Source of the DNA: Candidatus Poribacteria bacterium
GTDB taxonomy: Bacteria; Poribacteria; WGA-4E; JAJDTR01
NCBI GenBank assembly: GCA_965220415.1
Contig: OZ244829.1
Coordinates: 145,327-209,326, forward strand
DNA length: 64,000 bases
Direction of reading: 5' to 3'
The position numbers and the translations under genes were made by a program. The notes beneath the pieces were generated by a model. That model ran no database searches and was not told the DNA's origin. It worked only from the letters and a program-made list of their open reading frames with translations. How positions within the stretch are numbered: the stretch's first letter is position 1; every line of letters begins with the position of its first letter. This document shows positions 47,955 through 57,649 of the stretch, in pieces.

Positions 47955-48659
47955 ATGGACAGCCGCCAATTTATCTCTGTTCGAGAAAATCTGCAGAGCG
48001 TTCAGGATCGAATTGCATCAACTGCACAACGTGTCGGGCGGAATCCAGGTTCGATAAAGCTCATAGCCATTTCCAAAACCAAACCTGTGAACCTGATTGT
48101 GGAAGCCATTGACGCGGGGGTTACCGATATAGGCGAGAATCGTGTACAAGAGGCAAAGGGCAAGCGTTCTCAGGTTGATCGCCCTGTAAACTGGCATCTC
48201 GTCGGACATCTGCAAACCAACAAGGTTAAACAGGCGTTGCAGATATTTGATTTGATTCATTCCGTAGACAGCTTTCGACTTCTCGCCGAAATTGAGCGCC
48301 AGTCTTGTCGGTTGAATCGTCGGACAGACACATTGATTGAAGTCAACACCTCCGGTGAAGAAAGTAAGTACGGTCTGCAACCCAATGAAGTGCTGAGTTT
48401 CATGGAATCCGCTCTGGAGTTTTCGCATGTTCGAATAAGGGGACTTATGACCGTCGGAGAATTTGTGCCCGACCCGGAGGAGGTTCGTCCGTCGTTTACG
48501 TTGCTTAGAAGTCTCAAGGAAAAAATCGACAGCCAGGGATATCCAAATGTCGCGATGGAATATCTTTCGATGGGAATGACCAACGACTTTGAGGTTGCGA
48601 TTGAAGAAGGGGCAAACATGGTCAGAATCGGTTCCGCCATCTTTGGCGAGCGCACCTAG
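47955..48659 (+). CDS. yggS: PLP homeostasis protein
   Basis: IAISKTKP, GENRVQE, WHLVGHLQTNK and LSMGMTND motifs. Confidence 0.95.
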   Translation: MDSRQFISVRENLQSVQDRIASTAQRVGRNPGSIKLIAISKTKPVNLIVEAIDAGVTDIGENRVQEAKGKRSQVDRPVNWHLVGHLQTNKVKQALQIFDLIHSVDSFRLLAEIERQSCRLNRRTDTLIEVNTSGEESKYGLQPNEVLSFMESALEFSHVRIRGLMTVGEFVPDPEEVRPSFTLLRSLKEKIDSQGYPNVAMEYLSMGMTNDFEVAIEEGANMVRIGSAIFGERT

Positions 48660-48678
48660 ATGCGCGGGAGAGTAGGCA

Positions 48679-49494
48679 TTGAACAGAGACTTTCGATTGG
48701 GAATCATTGGCGTCGGGGGCATGGGAGAGGCGATTCTTCGCGGAATCGCCGATGATTTGCTCGGTAGCGATCAGATTTGGGTCAGCGACATCATAGAGGA
48801 AAGGGTTGATTCTCTGTGCGCCGAGTTGCATGTCAACAAATCGGAGAGTATTTCGAATCTCGTGGAAAATGTCAACTGCGTGCTTTACGCGGCGAAACCG
48901 GGCAATGTGTCGACAATTCTGCCTGAAATTGCTACTGTTCTCCAACCTTCGTCACAATGGTTACTTTCGATTGCCGCGGGCGTGCCGACCACAACGTTTG
49001 AATCCTATTTTTCTTCGCCCACCTCTGTTATACGTGTAATGCCGAATCTAGCGGTTGCCGCCAAGTCGGCAATTAGTGTAATCGCGAGAGGCGGCACGGC
49101 TTCAGATGAGCACGTTTCGATCACTGAAACGCTGTTCAATGCGCTGGGAAGTTCAATGGTGCGTGAGGAAAAAATCCTTGATGCCGTAACAGCGCTCAGC
49201 GGCAGTGGTCCCGCTTTTGTATTTCTGTTTATTGAAGCATTCGCCGATGCCGGAGTCCATATAGGGCTGACACGCGAGGATGCTTATCAGCTTGCCGTGC
49301 ACACCGTTTTCGGTGCTAGCAAAGTGTTGGACGAATCAGGCGCACACCCCGCTGTTCTCAAGAACCTTGTAACAACTCCGGCCGGGACAACTGCGGCTGG
49401 ATTGCATGAGCTGGAACGTGGAGGTCTACGTGCGGCGATGACCGAGGCGATAATGGCTGCACGGCGCCGCGCCGAAGAACTTGCAAATTCATGA
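48679..49494 (+). CDS. proC: Pyrroline-5-carboxylate reductase
   Basis: IGVGGMG, RVMPN, ALSGSGPAF and TPAGTT motifs. Confidence 0.95.
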   Translation: MNRDFRLGIIGVGGMGEAILRGIADDLLGSDQIWVSDIIEERVDSLCAELHVNKSESISNLVENVNCVLYAAKPGNVSTILPEIATVLQPSSQWLLSIAAGVPTTTFESYFSSPTSVIRVMPNLAVAAKSAISVIARGGTASDEHVSITETLFNALGSSMVREEKILDAVTALSGSGPAFVFLFIEAFADAGVHIGLTREDAYQLAVHTVFGASKVLDESGAHPAVLKNLVTTPAGTTAAGLHELERGGLRAAMTEAIMAARRRAEELANS

Positions 49495-49795
49495 GGAACA
49501 CAACCAGACTCTAAGGATGGGGAATATGCTGATTCCGATTGTCCTCTTAGCAATCCGCATTTACATCGGGATTGTCTTAGTGAATGCGGTGCTGTCATGG
49601 TTTATCGGTGGAATTCGAAACATGACAGTGCGAAGGATTTATTGGACAACCAATACGCTCGTAGATCCGTTATTAGCACCTTTACGCAGTATATTGGCGC
49701 CAATGACCCGGAATTTCGGAATCGATATCTCCCCCATAATTTTGATTGTTTTTCTGAACATCCTTTCGGGATTGTTGCGAAGAGTATTGGAATAG
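49481..49795 (+). CDS. yggT: YggT family membrane protein
   Basis: AVLSWF, DPLLAPLR and GIDISPII motifs; yggS-proC-yggT synteny. Confidence 0.9.
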   Translation: MQIHEEHNQTLRMGNMLIPIVLLAIRIYIGIVLVNAVLSWFIGGIRNMTVRRIYWTTNTLVDPLLAPLRSILAPMTRNFGIDISPIILIVFLNILSGLLRRVLE

Positions 49796-49873
49796 CGGAA
49801 GGTACGAAGAATTTGTCCCAAAGAACAGTTCGACAACCGCAGGTGATTCCACACGAAGCACTAGGCTTCAGAA

Positions 49874-50476
49874 GTGTTCAGTCCGGTAACGAATTCGCGC
49901 TGTCCCGGCGAAGTAAATCTTTCATTTATTTGTTGTCTATTTTTGTGCGATGGAAAGACGGAAACCTCAATGCTACCACCTAAGTTTCGGTCACTTTTCC
50001 CTCTTATCCTAGTAGCGGTGCCTAGTTTTGCGCTCGATCAGCTGACAAAGTGGATTGTTGAGCAAAACATCAGACGAGGGAGTTGGTACGTCATTATTGA
50101 TGGAATATTTAATCTGAGGCATGATAGAAACAGTGGCGCCGCTTTTGGAATAATGCCGGGGCAGAATGCACTGCTAATCGTAATTACAATTGTCGCTATT
50201 GGTTTCATTTTCTTTTACTACCGCCAGTTTCAGACCAATCTTTGGATGAGAATTGCGCTCGGGTTTCTTCTGGGTGGAGCGTTAGGAAATTTCGTTGATC
50301 GACTTCGCCTCGGCGAGGTTGTCGATTTCATACAAATAGGAATTCAAAAGGCGGGGCTATGGTGGCCAACGTTTAACGTCGCGGATATTTGCATTTGCGT
50401 TGGGGCAGGCATGTTGATAATCCACCTACTCCGAACTCGAGGGGATGATGACACTTCGAAACAGAGTAACGATTAA
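49874..50476 (+). CDS. lspA: Lipoprotein signal peptidase II; likely start 49970
   Basis: DQLTK, NSGAAFG, GALGNFVDR, VVDFI and FNVAD motifs. Confidence 0.95.
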   Translation: MFSPVTNSRCPGEVNLSFICCLFLCDGKTETSMLPPKFRSLFPLILVAVPSFALDQLTKWIVEQNIRRGSWYVIIDGIFNLRHDRNSGAAFGIMPGQNALLIVITIVAIGFIFFYYRQFQTNLWMRIALGFLLGGALGNFVDRLRLGEVVDFIQIGIQKAGLWWPTFNVADICICVGAGMLIIHLLRTRGDDDTSKQSND

Positions 50477-50939
50477 TCTGGCGTGCGGCTTCCTCATGTG
50501 TTGCTTTATAATACCGATGAGCGTCGTCGCCCAGTACCGCGGATCTTCGGAAGGCAAGCGACCCGTCCAACGGGGAAAGCATGAGGAACATTACCACGAG
50601 AGTGCACTACGCCGATTTGAGATTATTACCCTTGTCTCGCTACCGTTTACCGCCATCCATAGTTTTCTTGTGGTCCGAGGTGTTGAGATGGTCCGACAGA
50701 ATGAGATTGCGCCTGAACTCTCAAGCACGCATTTTGGGGTTATAGGTGCTTCTGCAGCTTCCTTCGCACTCTTCATTGGCTTTTGGGATTGGCTGCATAC
50801 TCGTCATACAGACTCGTCAGAGCAGTTAATTCCATCTGGTCCCACTCCTGAACTGCCGCAACGAAAGGTTGGTAATGCCGGATGGAATGTTGAAGAGACA
50901 TCAAGTTTTGTATTCCCCGTTGTTCAGATTCGGTTTTGA
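50445..50939 (+). CDS. Hypothetical membrane or exported protein
   Basis: Signal-like N-terminus, two hydrophobic helices and a C-terminal Phe; overlaps the end of lspA. Confidence 0.6.
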   Translation: MMTLRNRVTINLACGFLMCCFIIPMSVVAQYRGSSEGKRPVQRGKHEEHYHESALRRFEIITLVSLPFTAIHSFLVVRGVEMVRQNEIAPELSSTHFGVIGASAASFALFIGFWDWLHTRHTDSSEQLIPSGPTPELPQRKVGNAGWNVEETSSFVFPVVQIRF

Positions 50940-51029
50940 TTGGGTGAATGGCAAGCCCATTAGGGCTTGTTTGAAAAGTACATTTGTAGGGTGCGCACTG
51001 CGCACCAGCCTCTAACAGCCCCAGCGGGG

Positions 51030-51065
51030 ATCAAGCGAACGGATAGTGAGTGCGATAGAGATCCC
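51030..51065 (+). repeat. 36-nt module inserted in a REP-like hairpin
   Basis: CAGCCCCAGCGGGG|ATCAAGCGAACGGATAGTGAGTGCGATAGAGATCCC. Confidence 0.8.
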
Positions 51066-51255
51066 ACACGTATGTAGCAGTCAACACTAAATACATCACG
51101 AAACTTCCCACAAATGACTAAAAATGACTTTGCTACCGATTATTCAAGCAGGCTCTTAGCGTAGACGTTCTGTAACGATTTGTCCGATTATTTTCTCCTG
51201 AAGAAGCTTTGATAGGATGATGTTAACTTTCTAGTAGCAGATTTACGATTGATAC

Positions 51256-51759
51256 ATGGCGGTATTAGAGATTAAAACCGGTGACATCCCTATACTTCGA
51301 CAAAAAGCCGAGCCGGTTACGTACGTTGATGACAATATACTGCGACTCATTGAGGATATGTTTGAAACAATGGCTGCCGCCTGCGGAATCGGTCTCGCCG
51401 CACCGCAGATTGGGGTGCTCAAGCAGATAATTGTTGCCGACATTTCTCCGCATTTTCCGGACTATCCACCAGTTGCGTTGATAAACCCTTTGATAACGGA
51501 GGCGAATGGGGAGGAACTAGCCGAGGAAGGGTGTTTAAGTTTACCCGGACTTCGAGGTATAGTTCGACGCGCCGGTTCGGTGACCGTCCACGCTATGCTT
51601 CCTAACGGGGAAGAGACAGAATTGAGCGGAAACCATTTGATGGCTAGGGTTCTGCAACACGAAATTGACCATCTTAATGGAATACTCTTTATCGATCTAC
51701 TGAAGCCGGAAGATCAGATACTGCTTGAGGAAGAGGAGGCAAAAGAAGCGAGCAAATGA
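51256..51759 (+). CDS. def: Peptide deformylase
   Basis: GIGLAAPQIG, EGCLS and QHEIDHLNG motifs. Confidence 0.97.
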   Translation: MAVLEIKTGDIPILRQKAEPVTYVDDNILRLIEDMFETMAAACGIGLAAPQIGVLKQIIVADISPHFPDYPPVALINPLITEANGEELAEEGCLSLPGLRGIVRRAGSVTVHAMLPNGEETELSGNHLMARVLQHEIDHLNGILFIDLLKPEDQILLEEEEAKEASK

Positions 51760-51805
51760 ATCCATGCAGTTGAAAAGGGCTTCATTTGCTTGACAGTATC
51801 GTTTA

Positions 51806-52747
51806 ATGCGAATTGTTTTTATGGGCACGAGCGAGTTTTCAGTTCCCAGTCTTCAAGCGCTGATAGCGCAGAATTTCGACATCATGGGCGTGGTCACACA
51901 GCCTGACCGACCATCTGGTAGAGGCAAAAAGTTGGTACCGTCACCCGTTAAGATCGCAGCTTCACGGTATAACCTGCAGGTCTACCAACCTGAAAGGGTA
52001 AGGAAACCCGACTTCATTCGTACGCTTAGAGAACTCCAGCCGGAGGCAATCGTGGTGGTCGCCTTTGGCCAGATAATTCCCAAGACGGTGTTAGATTTGC
52101 CTCCTTGCGGTTGTATAAATGTCCATCCCTCTTTGTTGCCCAAGTATCGTGGTGCAGCTCCAATTCAGTGGGCTTTAATCAATGGCGAAGAGGAAACCGG
52201 CGTTACAATCATGCTTCTTGACGAGACTGAGGACACGGGCGATATCATCCTTCAACGGCGTGTCAGCGTTGCCCCGGAGGATAACGCCGCGACGCTCTCC
52301 GACCGATTAGCATCTACTGCGGCAACCTTGTTGGTTGAGGTACTGGAAGCAAGTCCTAAAAACGCCCCGCCGCCGCACACTCCACAGAATCACGACCAAG
52401 CCACACATGCCCCCAAACTAACCAAAGAAAGCGGGCAAATCGATTGGGAAGTCTCAGCGATTCAGATTTGCAATCTGGTACGCGGTACTGCGATTTGGCC
52501 CGGAGCGTATACATTTTTAAATGGAGAACTCCGTCTGAAGATTCTGGAGTGTCATGTAGTGGTCGATGCCCCAAAAAGAAATGTGCCGCCGGGCTACATT
52601 GCTGTTACACCACAACGCGAATTGGCTGTCGGGACGAGCACGGGGATTGTGCGAGTAACGAGAGTACAGCCCGCCAACAAGCAGATTATGGATGCCAACG
52701 AATTCATTAACGGGTATCGAGTGAAAACAGGTGCGCGCTTTGTGTAA
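51806..52747 (+). CDS. fmt: Methionyl-tRNA formyltransferase
   Basis: RIVFMGT, TQPDRP.GRG and NVHPSLLPKYRGAAPI motifs. Confidence 0.97.
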   Translation: MRIVFMGTSEFSVPSLQALIAQNFDIMGVVTQPDRPSGRGKKLVPSPVKIAASRYNLQVYQPERVRKPDFIRTLRELQPEAIVVVAFGQIIPKTVLDLPPCGCINVHPSLLPKYRGAAPIQWALINGEEETGVTIMLLDETEDTGDIILQRRVSVAPEDNAATLSDRLASTAATLLVEVLEASPKNAPPPHTPQNHDQATHAPKLTKESGQIDWEVSAIQICNLVRGTAIWPGAYTFLNGELRLKILECHVVVDAPKRNVPPGYIAVTPQRELAVGTSTGIVRVTRVQPANKQIMDANEFINGYRVKTGARFV

Positions 52748-52762
52748 CAATTTTAGAACAGT

Positions 52763-53136
52763 TAACTGTTTAGTGGTTCATTCGCTTAAGTGTATATGGC
52801 ATCACTTGATCCTCTACAATAACCCCGGTAGGTGCGATCAACTGAGTGAATAACGAACGATCAAACGACTGAACAAGGAGTGCGATAGTAATTCCTGATA
52901 GAGATCCCTTTCTAACCGCACTGATTCCAAAAACGCAAGGCCTGCGCATAAATTTTTGGCGAAAGAACCATTTAGTGCATCGTTTGGTTCGTAGTATTAC
53001 AGTTCGTCGCACGTCCGGTCTGGGCATGTAAGCCCCCGATTAGCCGGAATTAGCATTGTACTTCCCTACTCAGCACATTCCCTGCCCCGCTTGGTCTGGA
53101 TTGGCAAATCCAGACCGATGGACTAAACAATTACGA
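52763..53136. mobile_element. Family D MITE (internally deleted) with a family C MITE (52773-52971) nested in its left terminal repeat
   Basis: TAACTGT-TTA|GTGGTTC...GAACCAT|TTA-GTGCATCG; TTA duplication; a 72-nt double module at 52837-52908 lies inside C. Confidence 0.75.
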
Positions 53137-53167
53137 GAACAGTTAACTTGGCACTGACAAACCAACC

Positions 53168-54136
53168 ATGAACTCTACTTTAGCTGCCATAATCAGATTT
53201 GCTGTTCTGTATTTGGCTACAATCGCGATTGTTGGACTGGCGGTGGTGTTCCTAGTTATTCCTTGGTCCGTGCGTTCAGAGGATGTTGAAGTTCCAGATA
53301 TGGTAGGTGAGAGCTACGATCAAGCGGTTACATTACTGTATAACGCGGGTTTACTGGTAGCTGATGACATTGAGACAAAGGCTAGCTCTGACATTCCGAA
53401 GGGTTTTGTCCTCGAACAATCACCTCCGGCAGACTTCAAAGTCAAGCGAAACAAGCCGGTACAGCTTACGCTGAGTATCGGCGATCAGATGGTGGAGGTG
53501 CCAGACACGACGGGTAAATCGTTAAATGCGGTAGAAAAGATATTGCGGGAAGCCGGGCTTCGTCGTGGTCGTGTTGCAGAAGTGCACTCCGATGAATATG
53601 CAGTGGCGGGCGCGGTAATTGCTCAAACCCCCTTAAGCGGGACCATGCACCAACAGGGGGCGGCGGTTCACCTGTTGTTAAGCCTTGGAAAACGATCCAG
53701 AGTGTTATTGATGCCGGATTTGCGTGGAGAACCGATTGACGAAGTGCGGTCCATGTTAAAGTCTGGAGGATTGGAGATTGGGGACGAAAGCTATAAGTCC
53801 GCGCCCGAAATACCGCAAGGTTCAATAATTAGTCATTTTCCGGTCGCCGGAGAGCTGGTGCATGTTGGTCAGGTCGTATCGCTTGAAATCAGCGGTTCCG
53901 TAAAGACTCAAACCGATAGAGGCCGTCTCATTTCGATTCGATATCGTGTTTCAAAGGACCGTGGGCCGCCGAGGCATGTGCGACTTGTTGTCGAAGACGA
54001 ACGTAATATTCTTACCGTTGTTGATAGTCATTATGAGCCGGGGGCGTTAATCGAGCGACCACCACTCCGCGTTTTTGGCGAAGCGACGATGACTGTCTAC
54101 GAGGACGGCGTAGAGGTTCAGAAGAAGGAGTTTTAG
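53168..54136 (+). CDS. Membrane-anchored PASTA-domain protein (three PASTA repeats, no kinase domain)
   Basis: N-terminal TM helix; VPDMVG, VPDTTG and MPDLRG repeat starts. Confidence 0.88.
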   Translation: MNSTLAAIIRFAVLYLATIAIVGLAVVFLVIPWSVRSEDVEVPDMVGESYDQAVTLLYNAGLLVADDIETKASSDIPKGFVLEQSPPADFKVKRNKPVQLTLSIGDQMVEVPDTTGKSLNAVEKILREAGLRRGRVAEVHSDEYAVAGAVIAQTPLSGTMHQQGAAVHLLLSLGKRSRVLLMPDLRGEPIDEVRSMLKSGGLEIGDESYKSAPEIPQGSIISHFPVAGELVHVGQVVSLEISGSVKTQTDRGRLISIRYRVSKDRGPPRHVRLVVEDERNILTVVDSHYEPGALIERPPLRVFGEATMTVYEDGVEVQKKEF

Positions 54137-54801
54137 TGTTGGGTCGGGAAGTTAAAATTGCGCCATCGGTCCTTGCGTCTGATTTTGGTCGTCTTGCCGA
54201 TGAAGTCTGTCGCGTTGTGGAAGCCGGGGCAGATCTCATCCACTTTGACGTGATGGATGGTCATTTTGTGCCTAACCTAACCATGGGGCCCCAGTTAATA
54301 AAATCAATCAAGCGCTATACGGATTGTCCTTTCGATGTGCATCTTATGATTGCCCATCCCCAGCACTATATTAACGATTTTGCGGACGCCGGCGCGGATT
54401 TTATTACTTTTCACATTGAAATTGAAGACTCGGCCGAAGATGCAATAGATTTAATTAAGGCTCGGGGAATCAAAGCCGGAATTGCCCTCAGACCAAAGAC
54501 TCCAATTTCGGCTCTATTTCCGTACCTTGCAGATGTGGATCTTGTATTGCCAATGAGTGTAGAACCCGGGTTTGGAGGGCAAAAGTTCATCATGAGCACT
54601 CTGGATAAGATTGATAATTTGCGCGAGAAAATTTTAGAATCGGATAATGATGTCTTGATTGAGGTGGACGGGGGCATAAATTTAGAAACAGCGCCACTGG
54701 TCGTAGATCGCGGCGCAACGGTTTTGGTTGCAGGCACGGCCATTTTCAATAGTGAGAATCCAAGAGAGACGATTCGGGAATTGCGAGGAGCGGTACGCTA
54801 G
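54136..54801 (+). CDS. rpe: Ribulose-phosphate 3-epimerase
   Basis: IAPSVL, HFDVMDGHFVPN, MSVEPGFGGQ and IEVDGG motifs. Confidence 0.97.
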   Translation: MLGREVKIAPSVLASDFGRLADEVCRVVEAGADLIHFDVMDGHFVPNLTMGPQLIKSIKRYTDCPFDVHLMIAHPQHYINDFADAGADFITFHIEIEDSAEDAIDLIKARGIKAGIALRPKTPISALFPYLADVDLVLPMSVEPGFGGQKFIMSTLDKIDNLREKILESDNDVLIEVDGGINLETAPLVVDRGATVLVAGTAIFNSENPRETIRELRGAVR

Positions 54802-54946
54802 AGCACGCCTGACAATATCCGGGATGCTCGGAATATAGCGTACGAACTTTCGTGTAGACTTGGATTAGGATGTTTGTAGAGTGGAAGATCGGAATAGGGG
54901 CGGTCCACTCTATTCCATAACATTTCGGCGGGATTATGGAGGTAAA

Positions 54947-56131
54947 ATGACACAGTTATATGATGAGTTGAAAGCATCACCTCGCGTGCTTCTTGGACCC
55001 GGTCCGAGCGATGCAAATTCGCGGGTACTGAAAGCAATGACCACTCCCATGTTGGGATACCTTGATGGGGAATTCATCCAAATATTGGATGAAACCGTTA
55101 ATCTTCTTCGTCAGGTGTTTGGCACCGAGAACAAACTCACACTGCCGGTTTCCGGGACTGGTACCGCCGGGATGGAAGCCGCGCTCTGCAACGTGATTGA
55201 ACCGGGCGACTCGGTTGTGGTAGGCATTAACGGTTATTTTGGTGGGCGGATAGCAGACATTGTTCAACGGTGTGGTGGCGTAGTGACCGCTGTAGAAGCG
55301 CCTTGGGGTTCGGCTATTTCGGCGGGAGACGTGGCTGACGCGGTAGAAAGCGCCAATCCGAAGTTAGTTGCCATCATCCACGCAGAGACGTCCACCGGGG
55401 TTCTTCAACCGCTTGATGACATCAGTCAAGTCGTAAGTGATAGCGGCGCGTTGTTCCTCACGGATTGCGTTACCTCCTTGGGTGGACAACCGGTGGATTT
55501 GGACCGTCGCGGGATTGATATTGCATACAGCGGGACTCAGAAGTGCCTTGGGGGGCCACCGGGACTTGCACCCATCAGCTTTAGCGATAGAGCGGTTGAG
55601 GCGATTCACAATCGAGCCAGTAAGGTGCAGAGTTTCTATCTCGATATGACATTGCTTGAAGCCTACTGGAGCGGCGAAGTGAGAAATTATCACCACACAG
55701 TTTCCATGTCTATGATTTATGCGTTACATGAGTCGCTCCGCGTAGTGCTAGAGGAAGGTCTGGAAGTACGATACAAACGTCACGAGCGTAACGCCGCGGC
55801 GCTCATCGCCGGGGCAACGGCGATAGGTCTCAAACCCATTGTACAAGAGGGCGTTCGGGCTCCCATGCTAACGACCATCAATATCCCTGACGGCATTGAT
55901 GATTTGGGAATTCGAAATCGCTTGATTGAAGAATTCGGTATCGAAATTGGCGGCGGTTTAGGAATATTCAAAGGCAAAGCGTGGAGAATCGGCTTAATGG
56001 GCGAGTCTTCGACGCAAAGGAACGTTTTACTGGTCTTGAGCGCTTTGGAGAAACTCCTTGCTGAGGCAGGTCATGACCTCGAAGCTGGCGCCGGCGCGCG
56101 TGCGGCATCAGAGGTTTATGCCCAAGCGTAG
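54947..56131 (+). CDS. Class V PLP aminotransferase (alanine-glyoxylate/serine-pyruvate type); start revised from 54881 to 54947
   Basis: LLGPGPS, HAETSTG, SGTQKCLGGPPG (PLP-binding Lys) and WRIGLMG motifs; SD GGAGG. Confidence 0.92.
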   Translation: MTQLYDELKASPRVLLGPGPSDANSRVLKAMTTPMLGYLDGEFIQILDETVNLLRQVFGTENKLTLPVSGTGTAGMEAALCNVIEPGDSVVVGINGYFGGRIADIVQRCGGVVTAVEAPWGSAISAGDVADAVESANPKLVAIIHAETSTGVLQPLDDISQVVSDSGALFLTDCVTSLGGQPVDLDRRGIDIAYSGTQKCLGGPPGLAPISFSDRAVEAIHNRASKVQSFYLDMTLLEAYWSGEVRNYHHTVSMSMIYALHESLRVVLEEGLEVRYKRHERNAAALIAGATAIGLKPIVQEGVRAPMLTTINIPDGIDDLGIRNRLIEEFGIEIGGGLGIFKGKAWRIGLMGESSTQRNVLLVLSALEKLLAEAGHDLEAGAGARAASEVYAQA

Positions 56132-56171
56132 AGATGAAATAGACGTCTTTCCAAAATAGCTCTTTGAATGT

Positions 56172-56334
56172 TATATTCCGCGCTGTCAGAAATTGCATCT
56201 TCTGTAGGAGCGATCTCCAGGTCGCGACCCTTGTATGAGGGAACTCCGATTCCCGACTGCTGGTGCTACGTAAGTCCTATTAGAACCAATTATCACTGGA
56301 AAAGAAAGCGCAATAATACCCAACGCAAAGTGTA
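56172..56334 (+). repeat. Family A repeat, 163-bp variant
   Basis: Nearly identical to 21304-21468. Confidence 0.8.
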
Positions 56335-56336
56335 GA

Positions 56337-56365
56337 TTGACAACTTAATGTGTGTGTGGTATATT
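56337..56365 (+). promoter_or_regulatory. Near-consensus sigma70 promoter
   Basis: TTGACA, 17-nt spacer, then TATATT preceded by TG-n. Confidence 0.6.
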
Positions 56366-56374
56366 GTAACAGAC

Positions 56375-56402
56375 CCGCCGTCATGACGGCGGAACTTTTT
56401 TC
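56375..56402 (+). terminator. Perfect 18-bp palindrome followed by a T-run (terminator-like)
   Basis: CCGCCGTCATGACGGCGG-AACTTTTTT. Confidence 0.5.
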
Positions 56403-56522
56403 TGTTAGCATTTTGTTAGCATTACGATTCCTGAGAACCCGCTCCGGCAAAGGAATTCTCCATTTCAGAAAATGCTAACAAGCCGCTTAAATCAACGCTC
56501 CGAAAAACGGGAATCCAAGCTA

Positions 56523-56755
56523 GGGGAAACGCATCTAAATTTTCCACTCGACAAAAAAGAGAATCAGGTTAAATTTGTGATGATTTTCATAGGGTTCGTA
56601 GGTTGGGTTGAACGGGATTCTGTTAATAATCGCTGATCCTAGAGGAGTTTTCAAGTATCCACTTTGCCTGAACGTGCCAAGATTAGAGTGAAACTCAACA
56701 TTAATCGTACATTCTTCCACCATGAGACATCATGTATAATTAGATGCGTTTCCCT
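56523..56755 (-). mobile_element. 233-bp MITE-like element, copy 2 (inverted)
   Basis: Same terminal repeats and length as 670-902; homologous interior. Confidence 0.8.
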
Positions 56756-57079
56756 TGGGATCCAAGCATTCATTGAGACAAGAGATGACCGGATGTGGAA
56801 ACATATTGAGCGCGGCAAATTTATAGACGCATCATTACTTTCTAACCCGCTATCCAAGCCTACTCAAAAAATGGGGTGAAATATGTGCGCGGACTTTAGC
56901 GGACTTTAGCGAAGTGTGTCGCACACGGCTTCAAGCCACGCCCGGTAAGGCTTCAAGCGCAATTTCAGAGCTAGTTGAAAAAATCCGCTCTAATTTCGAC
57001 GGCGTCACTGTAAACGAGACCCGGGGTCTGCTTGCCGTCACGCGCTCCGTCAATCCCATTCACGGCTTTTGAGCATATC

Positions 57080-57214
57080 ATCAAGCGAATGGATAATGAG
57101 CAATCAACTGAACGATCAACCTAGTGAATAACGAGGACGATAGAGATCTCATGGCAAATCCCCCGCGATAGGGATCTCCAAGTGAAGGCGATAGTAAATC
57201 CCGATAGAGAGTCC
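57080..57214 (+). repeat. Array of degenerate 36-nt modules
   Basis: Several ATCAA starts and GCGATAG(A/G)GATC(C/T)C tails. Confidence 0.75.
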
Positions 57215-57649
57215 ATCGGAGAGTTAGGAGGTTCCTAAGATGGAGGCTTGGACACTTAAAAACGCAATTTCTAGCGACGTGAAATATAACTCAATGTGAA
57301 ACACAGAACTCGGGTACCATCGGAGTTCTGACCATTAATGTCATTTCCGAGTCAATTAGAACAAACGCAGATGCCATTGGGTTCCCGGACTTTTTTGGAA
57401 AGATGTCTAATGTTGACTACATCAGTTCGCGGACGGCGTTTGGTAATCCCGTCCCGGCGTCTGAATTGTGCCATGTAGGAGCGCGTTTTATTCAATATTA
57501 AGAGTATCCCACACTGTCTACCTTCAGCCCAAGCAAGCTGGAGCGTGTCTTCTAAACCTCACTTTTCCAGTTGCGTCTAAATGATGTGATCCCAAGTGAA
57601 CGAATAATAGCTGCATTTCAGATTCGCCAGTTCCGAGGAGATACGGAAA

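Noticed and set aside
48018-48722. 234-aa minus-strand ORF
   Set aside because: Antisense shadow of yggS.
56535-56879. Short ORFs at 56535-56723, 56651-56857 and 56664-56879
   Set aside because: They overlap the 233-bp MITE and have no recognisable motifs.
57300-57480. c-di-GMP or other riboswitch ahead of gspE
   Set aside because: A hairpin (GAACTC...GAGTTC) is present, but the GEMM consensus elements are missing.
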